42,976 nt of DNA from contig NC_091470.1 of NCBI RefSeq assembly GCF_036971445.1, positions 139,707,025 through 139,750,000 on the forward strand, in the 5' to 3' direction. A model generated the notes under the pieces. It saw only the letters and a program-made list of their open reading frames with translations. It was not told the DNA's origin and ran no database searches. This document shows positions 9,961-20,200 of the stretch, piece by piece. A program made the position numbers and the translations under genes. The DNA comes from Narcine bancroftii. Taxonomy: Eukaryota. Every line of letters begins with the position of its first letter. Position 1 is the stretch's first letter.

Positions 9961-11050
9961 TAGTTAGCGCCGGGGAAGCGCCGATTACCTGGACGATCAG
10001 CTCTTCACATGCGCTGAGGGCATCGGAAGTGACGTCAAGGCCAATAGGGCGCCGGTTCCTCTAGGGTGGGCGCCACATTGCAGGCGGGAGGTCGGTACTG
10101 CAGGCATATTGGTTCTCTTCCCCCCCTTTCAACCACCCCTCCTAAGGAGGATCTCACACTCCCCCTCTCAACGCCGATTGGTTCCGCGGCCCGTCAATCG
10201 CAGAGCCAGGCGGGGACTGGGCAGGGGAAATGTTTTCGTTGATGCGGCCTGGATCCATGGCGAGCATTGGACAGTGTGGCTGTCGGTCAGTAGCTCGACG
10301 GATGTTGATTGGCCCTCGCCTGACAATGTGCAAAGGCGCCTGATTGGCGGCCGATTGGAGGGTCCGACTGCTAGTCGTGGAGATCGCCGTGCGCTCATTG
10401 GACAAGGCGTGACAATGGCAGGAAGATCCATTGATCGACCTGACTGCCTGTCAGGAGCGAAAAGGAAGCCGATTGGTCAGCGTCTGACCAAGGCGAGGAA
10501 TGCGGGCCCCATCGATCACTGGACAATCCCGCTGTCAGTCCGGCAGGTACGAGCGCAGATTGGCCTGAGGTTCACGAAGGGAAGGAGGTCGGAACGGCAA
10601 CGTCCATTGGATGTCACTCATCAACGTCACGAGAGCCGATCGGGCGGTACGTAACGAGGGAGTGGGAGGTGCCGTGGGCGCACATCCCGATTAGCCAACA
10701 TGGAGCGCGAGCACCGCCGCCCGCGCTGAGTAGATGGTGACGCCCGTCCGTCAAGACGGGAAGCCGCGTCTGATTGGCCCAAATTGCGGGGGCTGGCCGG
10801 AGACGCGCTAGCAGGAGGCGGCAGTGTTCTCGGCTAGGGACGGCGGCAGAGGCCGGAGGCCCCTAGGTCGGGCAGGTAGGGGGATTGCCTGTGGATGGCA
10901 GGGGAGTGGGCAGGGGAGAGGCGAGAGGCCCCCGAAGGATGGAGCTGGGGTTGCAGGGCGTTGGGAACCCTCGACGGGAGGGCGGTCGGCAAGGTGGCAG
11001 TTAGGGGGACTGTGGTGGTCCTCCAGTCCAGCAGGGGGCGCGGGTGTGGT
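9960..11050. promoter_or_regulatory. CpG island / bidirectional promoter of PHB2 (-) and PEX5 (+)
   Basis: CpG-dense unique sequence; ETS-CRE composite CGGAAGTGACGTCA at 10024-10037; CCAAT at 10041 and ATTGG at 10108, 10177, 10266, 10308, 10343, 10354, 10397, 10472, 10559, 10606, 10773; candidate plus-strand donors at 10546/10547 and 10875/10876. Confidence 0.85.
9989..10030 (-). other. PHB2: Probable non-coding first exon of PHB2 (5' limit uncertain)
   Basis: Donor CCAG|GTAATC at 9989/9988 at the edge of the CpG island; the ATG exon has its own acceptor (CTTCCAG| at 7114/7113). Confidence 0.65.
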
Positions 11051-12190
11051 CCTCCAGGGGACATGATGCTCTGGTGGTCCTCCTACCGTTAGGGGGCGCT
11101 GTGGTGGTCCTCTACATCAGCAGGGGACACTGGTGGTTCTCCAACCATTAGGAGCCACTGCAGTGGTCCTCCCACCGTTAGGGGCCGCTGCAGAGGTCCT
11201 CCCACCATTAGGGGCTGCTGCAGTGGTCCTCCCACCATTAGGGGCTGCTGCAGTGGTCCTCCCACCATTAGGGGCTGCTGCAGTGGTCCTCCCACCATTA
11301 GGGGCTGCTGCAGTGGTCCTCCCACCATTAGGGGCTGCTGCAGTGGTCCTCCCACCATTAGGGGCTGCTGCAGTGGTCCTCCCACCATTAGGGGCTGCTG
11401 CAGTGGTCCTCCCACCATTAGGGGCTGCTGCAGTGGTCCTCCCACCATTAGGGGCCACTGCAGTGGTCCTGTTTGTCGGGGACTATGTGCTGGTCCTTCT
11501 GCCTGTTGGGGGCGCTGTGCTGGTCATCTGGGCCAGCAAGGGGGCGCTTAGACAGTTCTCCCAACCATATGGGGCCACTGTGGTGTTCCCCCCTTTGGGA
11601 GCACTTTGGAGGCCCTCCCATTCCATAGGGGGTGTTGTGGAAGTTCTCCTGCCTGTAGGTGAGGGTTGTATGCTGGTTCTCCAGCCTTTAGGGGGTGCTG
11701 TGGCAGTTCTCCCACCAGTGGCAGTCCTCCTGCCAAGAGTGAGTGCTGTGGGGTAGCAATGGGCCTTCAGGGGTCGCTGACCTCCGGGCCTGAATAGGGT
11801 GCACCAACCTCTGGGACTGCAGAGGTCTCTGATATACGGGCCTGCAGGGGGCGCTAACCACCAAGATTGCAGGGAGGTGCACCAACCTGCAGGGGCCCAC
11901 CTATCACCGGGCCTGCTTGGGGCAACGACCTCTAGGCCTGCTGTGGGTGGGGTGGGGGGGGGTGTTGTGACGTCTTCCCGGCCTGCAGGGGGAGCTGACC
12001 TCTGGGTCTGCAGGCAGACGCCAAATTCCGGACCTGCAGGGGGCGATGGTCTCCGGACCTGAAGGGGGGCAATGGTCTCCGGCCCTTCAGGGGACGCTGA
12101 CCACCAGGATTTCAGGGGGTGCACCGATCTCCGGGCGTGCAGGTGGCGCCTATCACCGGGCCTGCTAGGGGGAAACAACCTCCGGGCCTG
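11000..12190 (+). repeat. 30-bp minisatellite (CAGTGGTCCTCCCACCATTAGGGGCTGCTG) with degenerate CTCF-motif-like flanks
   Basis: Near-perfect copies 11161-11470; flanking units contain CCAGCAGGGGGCGC-type words. Confidence 0.9.
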
Positions 12191-12191
12191 C

Positions 12192-13284
12192 TGATTCGTA
12201 ATCAGCTGCTTGTTGTATAGTGAGACAAGAGTACACCTGTTGGGCTTTCCTTTTAAGAACACTTTGTCACAGGAGTGACCACTGGTCTGGTGGCCATTTT
12301 AAATTTACAGCTACTTTCTCAAAATGCTGAAAATACTTGTCTATTTCAGCTTCCTCAAATGGAGGAACTAACCTCACTTCTCTACTGACCAGAAACCTCT
12401 CCTCCTGACCAGCACATGGGTTTTGGGCTTCTCTCTCTCCTAGGGTTAGGTTCTGCATCAATTTGGCTAGTTCTAGCTCATGTTTCCGTTCTTTCTCTCT
12501 CCTCCCTTGCGGCTGCCTTACTGCTTTCTTTTCTGCCTCTCTTTTTTCCTCTAACTCTAGTTTTCTCAAAGCCAACTTTACTTCCTCTGAAGTTTTCTCC
12601 TTTGGAAACTGTTCTAATGCAGCTTCTTCAAATACCCTCTTTCCTACATAGAGCTTAACAATCTTTCAGGCAATTTCCTTTTTTTTTCATCCCAGTACTT
12701 ACTGTAAGAAGTTTTAATTTGCCAACTATAACCATCAGTTCTGACTTTTTAGCCATTTTTAAATTAACCACTGAAGGGTTTGCTATGAACTGGTTAATAT
12801 TCATAGTTGCTGGTTTTCTGCTGGTGATTTATACACTCACCGTTTATTTTTAATTTCAAGCTAGAGGTTGAGTCAAACTCAGATGACTGATAACTAAGCC
12901 CAAGTCAATCGCCCCTAAAGCTTCCAAATTTGTTTGATCCTGGACGATGTCCCCAAATTATGTTACAAGATCAAACCAGCAACCACAAAGACGGCATATC
13001 ACACAGGGGTAAAGATGAACAAATATTTTATTAACAAAAATTCACCTTAATTCAAAAACCCCCCTTTTATAACATTGCCCACTGGTTACTGTGCAAATCT
13101 CTATAACTGTGTAAAACTAATAAATTCCCCAGCCTAAATATAACATATGTAATTAAATTCTAAGTTATATTTCCAACCAACCCACAGAAAAACTTAGACA
13201 CAAAACACACAAAACTTCGATCTCAACTGAAGGAACGATCATAAAGAAAATTCAGTTTGTTTGGTAAATTGAAGCCAAAAGATC

Positions 13285-13319
<35 letters not shown>

Positions 13320-13663
13320 AAAATTCGAAGTTGTCTTGTGTTGCTTGCAGAGAGAGGAACCACTGGCTTGGTCCGGATCCTTCTGGCTGCCTTTGGAATG
13401 TTCATCCTTTTTGAAATCCCAACATTCTAAACTGTCCTCCAGACCATGACTCATGCTCTGGGCCTCCTTCCACTCCACAGCACCACCCAGTGGTGGCTTA
13501 TCATCCAGGACCAGAAATTTCTCAGTCATTTTCTGCACCTGCTCAGTCCGTTTCCCACTCTCTCAGCAGTTTACCTTTACCTTGGCTTTCTAAGGCAAAT
13601 GTCTCTTTTTAACATAAAACCACACAACACATAGGTCAATACACAACACAGAACTCTGTAACA
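12192..13663 (-). mobile_element. Truncated Gypsy (Gmr1-like) LTR retrotransposon: 5' LTR 13663-12961, PBS ~12955-12937, decayed gag ~12803-12192
   Basis: LTR has inverted termini TGTTACA...TGTAACA and AATAAA (13032-13027); followed by TGGGGACATCGTCCAGGAT (close to tRNA-Pro PBS TGGGGGCTCGTCCGGGAT); gag-like VRLVPPFEEAEIDKYFQHFEKVAVNLKWPPDQWSLL / QSVLKGKAQQVYS with stops and frameshifts. Confidence 0.85.
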
Positions 13664-13931
13664 TTCGTGATAAATCCTGATCTGATTAGGACACATTGTC
13701 TCTCGAATGTTCCAGAAAGAGCAATTAAAGAACCATCACCGATTTCACATCAGGGGTTGAAGTCCAAACAGATATGAAGGGGACAATGTGCTCTGGAGGG
13801 GCGTCCGGGCTTGCGCGGAGACAGGCGCATGGCATTTCCCGGGCCCACCCATCCCACCCCGGGAACGTGCTAATGGGCTTTATCTCTCTTTATCTCCTCC
13901 CCACCACCTCCCCCCCAACACAGGAGGCAGC

Positions 13932-14070
13932 ATGGCAATGCGGGATCTGGTGGACGGAGAGTGCGGGGCATCGAACCCCCTCGTGAGGCTGGCCTCGCAC
14001 ATTGACCCAGGACAAGGGGCGCAGGCAGGAGGGGCTGAGGGGATGGGCAGATAGCCTGACCGGGGAAGAG
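13932..14070 (+). CDS. PEX5: PEX5 coding exon 1 (exon starts 13924; +1 nt near 14002)
   Basis: [23 protein letters not shown] / [22 protein letters not shown]; acacag| and |gtagga. Confidence 0.94.
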
Positions 14071-14200
14071 GTAGGAAAGCCTTTTCTCATTCCCCTCCCT
14101 CTCTCTCTCCCCCTCTTCCTCTCTCTCCCCTTTCTCCACTCTCCCCCCTTCCTCTCTCCCCCCGTTCTATCCCTCTCCACCTCTCTCCGCCCTCTCTCAC

Positions 14201-14245
<45 letters not shown>

Positions 14246-17200
14246 CTCTCTCCTCTCCTCTCTCCCAATGAACTCATCTTTGGTCTCCTCTCCCCACAGG
14301 TCTCTCAGCCATTGGAACTGTCGACAGGCGACGAGGTGAGGAGAATCTGGTCCCAGACCGAACATTTCTATTTTCGATTCTTCTGTGGTTATCGTGTCAG
14401 TGACAATTCCCCTCTCTCTCTTCCTCACCCTCTCTCCCTCTCCCCCCCAACCCTCTCACCCCCACCTCTTCCCTTCTATCTCTCTCTCCCACCTCTCCCC
14501 CTCTCTCTCCCCTCTTCCCCCCCTCACTCCCACCTCTCCCCCTCTCTCCCCTTCTCTCTCCCCCTCTCCCTCTCTTTCCCCTTCTTCTCTCCCCCTCTCT
14601 CCCTCCCCACAGTTGGTTGCAGAGTTCCTCCGGGAAGAGACCCCATCACTCCTTTCCCGAGCTCCGCACACGTTCCAGATGGACAGCCTCTTGGCGGAGA
14701 TGCAGCAGATTGAACACCCTCGCCATCTCCTTGCTCCACAGAGAGGTATCTGTTCCCGGCCGCCCCACCTTTCCCTGGCCTCTTCAGCCCAGGACAGGCC
14801 AGGAGCGCAGCCTCTGGGGGGTGGAGTTTAGGCCGGGAATGGAGCCTGGGTGAGATCAGGCCTAGTCAGCACTTGTTGGGGAATGGAGCCTGAGGAAGAT
14901 CATGGCTTGTCAACACTAGGCCAAGGATGGTCTGGGGGAGATCGGGCCTTGTCAACACTAGGCCAGGGATGGAGCCTGGGGGAGATCGGGCCTAGTCAGT
15001 GCTAGGTCGGGAATGGAGCCTGGATGTCTGCTGCCCTGACTTGCGGCCTACCTTCTCCCTCCAGCCCCCACCGTTGCGGACCTGGCCAACTCGGAGAGCT
15101 GGGCCAAGGAGTTCCTTGCCTCTGAGCCCACCATCGACACCTCGCAGGCCTACAGCGAAGCCGATTGGTCAAAGGAGTTCGTCACCGAGGTGACGGGTGA
15201 GCCGAACTCTTGTGGAGGGGCCGCTCAGCATCATGGGTCGGGCAGGGGAGGTCAATTGCCGCTTAGGGGAGGCATTGTGGGCAAGAGCCAAGCTGACCGC
15301 TGAGGCATTGTGGGTAAAGTGTGGCCAATCCCAGGGCATTGTGGGTCCATGACCACTGGGGCATGGTGGGTGGAAGGGAGGGTTACCAAACATTGGGGAA
15401 TGTGGGTAGAAGATGTAAGGGTCAGCCGGGGCATTCTGGGTAGTGGTGACTGACCTTGTGGGTGAACTGCAGCCAAATCCCAGGGCATTGTGGGTATTAG
15501 TAACCAGTGGAGCATTGTGAGTAAAATGTGGCCAAGCCAGGTAAATTATGAGTAGGGGAGCATCACCAACCACTGGGGCTTCGTGGGTGGGGGTGGTCAC
15601 TGGCGGCTGGGGCATTTGTGGGCAACCCAGTGCATTATGGGTAATGGGGGGTCACCGATCACTGGAGCATTTTGGGTAGATTGGGACATGATGGGTGGTG
15701 GGGACGTCACTGGGGAGCATTCTGGGTAAACCCAGGATGATGTGGGTAGAGAGGGGGGCATTGTGGTTCACTGACTCCGGTGGTGGGGGATTGTGGGTAG
15801 GCTGGCGTACCATCCCAGTGCACCCTGGCTGAGAGGTGGCATCCTGTGCTGAGGCATTGTGGGTAGGGTGGCATCCTGTCCTGAGACATTGTAGGTAGGG
15901 TGGTGTCCTGTCCCAGTGCACCCTGGGTAAGAGTTGGAATCCCATCCCATTGCACCCTGGGTAAGAGTTGGGGTCCCGTCCCGGTGCACCCTGGGGAAGA
16001 GTTGGCGTCCCATCCTAGTGCACCCTGAGTAAGAGGTGGCATCCCATCGCAGTGTACCCTGGGTAAGAGTTGCCGTCCCATCCCAATGCACCCTGGTTAA
16101 GAGTTGGCGTCCCGTCCCTGTGCACCCTGGGTAAGAATTGGATCCCGTCCAAGTGTACCCTTCTTAAGAGTGGGCGTGCCGACCCTGGGTAAGAGTCGCC
16201 CTCCAATCTCTCCCACTGTGGCGGGTGGGGGAGGCTCCAGACGATCACCAGCTCCTCTGTCCTGCACTGATGATGCCCTCCTTGCCACCCACGCAGACAT
16301 CAGCAGCCCCACCAAGTGGGCCCGTGACTACCTGGAGCACAGCGAGGAGAGGCTGTGGCTCGGAGATCCAGACACAATGCAGGAGCAGACCAGGTGAGCG
16401 AGGGCCCCGTTCCGGTGAGTCTCCTCTGCACTCTCTTCGTGGCAGCCCATGAACTGCAGAACGTATGACCTCCCCACCGACCCTGGCCTCAGAGAAGTCC
16501 CCCAACCTTCCAGCAAGGACTGTTCTCACGTGCCCCCCCTCTCTACCTCTGGGATTGTTCCCACCCTCAACACAGCATGGAGACAAGCCCCTTCAGACCT
16601 TCTGCTTGGGGCCAAACCCTTATCCTGCCTTGTCCCACTGACCTGCACTCAGTCCACACCACTCTCCCATCCAAATTCCCCCTTGGATCGTCCTGTACTC
16701 CCCGCATGAAGATTTTCTCCCCATTCACCCTGAACCTGTGCCCTCTGATTTGTATCTCAGTGGGGAAAAAGTTGACTGATGTTTACTGCGTCTGTCCCCT
16801 TCAAATCTCCCCATCAGTTCAACCTTTTCCTGTAACTCAGTCCCTGACATCCAGCCAACGTCCCAGTAAATCTTCAGGGATAAAGACCCGAACCTGTGGA
16901 ACCTTTCCCCGAAACTCAGTCCCTGACATCCGACAACATTGCAGTAAATTTTCTCTGCCTCTTTTTATCTGATTGAGATTTTTCATGTCGTTCAGTGACC
17001 AAAACTATGCACAATGATCCAGATTGGGCCTCGCCGATGACTTGTACAACTTCACCAGAACATCCTGGACTCGATGCTCAGGTTTATGAAGGCCAATATG
17101 CCAAAAGCTCTCTCCATGACCTGTCACCCCTGTGACGCCACTTTCAGGGTACAATATCCCTGCGTTTCCCGGATCTCCTCTGTCCCACTGCCCTCCTCAG

Positions 17201-20200
17201 GGCCCGTCCGTTCACCGTGGACGTCCGGCCTTGGTCTGTCCAACACCTCACCCACGTCTATGTTAAACCCCATCTGCTGTTTTCCAGCCCATTTTTCCAG
17301 CTGGTTCAGACCCCTCTCAGGGGGAATGGAGAGACCTCGGGGTCGGGGACCGACATGGTGAACAGTGGGGGAAAGGGACCGACATGGTCAACGGTGGGGA
17401 ACAGAGAGACGTCAGAGTACAAGGACTGACACAGTGAATGGTGGGGAATGGAGAGACTCAGGGTACGGGGACCGACAAGGTGAACAGTGGGGGACAGGGA
17501 GACCTCGGGAACAGGGACCGACAAGGTGAACGGTGGGGGACAGGGAGACCTCGGGGGTTGGTGACCGACGTGGTGAATGGTGGGGAACAGGGAAACCTTG
17601 GTGGACGGGGACTGACCCGGTGAACGGTGGGGAACAGAGGAACCTCGGGGTATGGGGATCAACATGGTCAACAATGGGGACTTGGAGACCTCAGGGTACG
17701 GGTACCGACATGGTGAGCGGTGGGGAACAAAGAGACCTCGGGGCTCAGGGACCGACACGGTATGAACAGTGGGGAACGGAGAGACGGGGGCCGCCACAGT
17801 GAACGGTGGGGAATGCAGAAACCTCAGGGTAAGGGAACTGACACGGTGAACGGTGGGGAACGTAGAGACCTTGGGGTATGAGGACCGACACGGTGAATGG
17901 TGGAGAACGGTAAGACTCGGGGGAATGGTGAAAAGTGGGGAATGGGAGACCTTGGGGTATGGGGACCGACACAGTGAACGGTGGGGAAGGGAGAGACCTC
18001 GGGGTACAGGGACCGACATGGTGAATGGTGGGGAACAGAGAGTCCTTGGGTACGGGAACTGACACGGTGAACAGTGGAAAACAGATAGACCTCAGGGTAC
18101 GGGGACCGACACGGTGATCGGTGGGGGACAGAGAGAGAGTTTGGGGTATGGGAACCAACACGGTGAACGGTGGGGAACAGAGAGACTCGGGGTACAGAGA
18201 GACACGGGGTACAGGGACTGACATGGTGAATGGCGGGGAACGGATAGACCTTGGGGTAACGGGGACCGACACAGTGAACGGTGGGGAAGGGAGAGACCTC
18301 GGGGTACAGGGACCGACATGGTGAATGGTGGGGAACAGAGAGTCCTTGGGTACGGGACTGACACGGTGAACGGTGGAAAACAGATAGACCTCAGGGTACG
18401 GGGACCGACGCGGTGATCGGTGGGGGACAGAGAGAGAGTTTGGGGTATGGGAACCGACACGGCGAATGGAGGGGAACAGAAAGACTTGGGGTACAGGGAC
18501 TGACATGGTGAATGGCGGGGACGGATAGACCTTGGGGTACGGGGTTCGACACAGTGAACGGCGGAGAATGGAGAGACCTTGGGGTACGGGGCTCGACACA
18601 GTGAACGAGAGAGAATGGAGAGACCTCGGGGTACAGGACCGACACGGTGAATAGTGGGGAACGGAGAGACCTCGGGGTATGGGGACCAACGCGGTGAACG
18701 GTGGGGAACGGAGAGAAGGGTCAGCTGAGGGGGTTAGCAGGAGGGTCGATGGGCTGAATGACCTGTGTCTGATACCCCTCTCGCTCCGGGATAGGGAGAC
18801 GGAACAACCGGCCGAGGAAACCTTGAAGCAGGCAGCGTCTGAACTTGCGCAGTCTGTCGACGATCCCAAGCTGGGCAATTCGGAGGTGAATGAGGATACG
18901 GGAGGGGGGAGAGCGATGGGGGGGAAAGGGGAATGAGAGTGGGGGAGAAAGAGGGGAGAGGGGGAGGGAGAGGGGGGAGAGAGACGGGGGTGAATGAGGG
19001 AGGTGCTGACATTTTCTCTCTCTTTTCCCCCCCCCCCCCCCCCCCCCCCACCCAGTTCATGAAGTTCGTCCGGAAGCTCAGCGATGGGACGCTGTCCCTC
19101 GTGGAGGCTGACAGTACCCCTGCCCCTGACCGCTGGGCCTCCGAGTTTGCCCGGGATTTTCTGCAGGTAGGCCCAACCTGTCCCCCAGCTCAGAGCCCTA
19201 GAACAGCCTTCATGCCAGAGACTAGGCCTCAGGCTTCTGTTTGGCCTGTGAATTAGGCCTTTGGCCTACTTTTTTTAGGCTTTGTGCTAAAGACTAGGCC
19301 TGAGTGTTTGGCCTACTGTCTGGGCTGTGAATTAGGGCTTTGGCCTACTCTTTTTAGGCATCATACCAAAGATCCAGGCCCCAGGCTTCGATCTAGGCCT
19401 GTGAATTCATTCTTTGGCATATTAGGCCAGCTGTGAATTTGGCCTTGAACATACTCCTATCAGGCTTCTTTCCAATAACTAGGCTTTGGGTGATTGTCTG
19501 GGCCTTGGCCTACTTTTTTCAGGCTTCTTGCCAAAGATTAGCCTCAGGCTTGTGTGTGTGTGTGGGAAGTCAAGTAGGCCTTTGGTCTGCTTTATCTAGG
19601 CTTCATTCCAAAGACAAAGCCGCAGGCTTCCGTGGGACTTGTGAATCAGGCCTTTGACCTGCTTTTTGTAGACTGTCGCTGAAGACTAAGCCTCAAACTG
19701 CTCTGGTTCAGGACAAAGATCAGGGATCCATGAGTCGGAGGGGGAGGAGGGAGTTTCTGCCCTGCTGAGAGACACCTGTTTTATCCACAGGCCTCGGGAG
19801 GCCAAGAGGAGTCACCGGCCGTCCAGGCCCGGGTGGGGAGTGAGTTTGAGAAGGCCAAGGCGGCCGTAGAGGTGAGAGCTCCATTCGTCACCACCCCCCC
19901 ACGTTGCCCCATTGCCAGAGTCTCACCCTCCCTGCCCTTCCTCTTCTTCCCCCACCAACAGACCCCCACTCCCTGACCATTTAAAATGCCCTCTCGCCCA
20001 TTCTCAGTCCAGACAAAGGAGTAACTGACCCTCTCTCTCCCCCTCCCTTTCTCTCCCTCTCCCCCTCCCCTCTCTCCCCTACCTTTCTTCCCCTCTCTCT
20101 CCCCCTCCCTCTCTTCACCCACTCGCCCCTCAGTCAGAACGTAGATTTCTGGGATGACCTGCAGGCCAGTGGGAACAGATGTCCCAGCGAGATGCCGATC

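Noticed and set aside
10109-10654. 181-aa ORF in the CpG island, considered as EMG1
   Set aside because: Non-ATG start, no resemblance to EMG1/Nep1; expected by chance in GC-rich promoter DNA.
11089-11756. Repetitive ORFs and a CRISPR-like appearance
   Set aside because: Contiguous 30-bp units with no unique spacers, in a eukaryotic intron with no cas genes.
17306-18794. Long overlapping ORFs (237-377 aa) in the PEX5 intron
   Set aside because: Translations of the 47-bp minisatellite.
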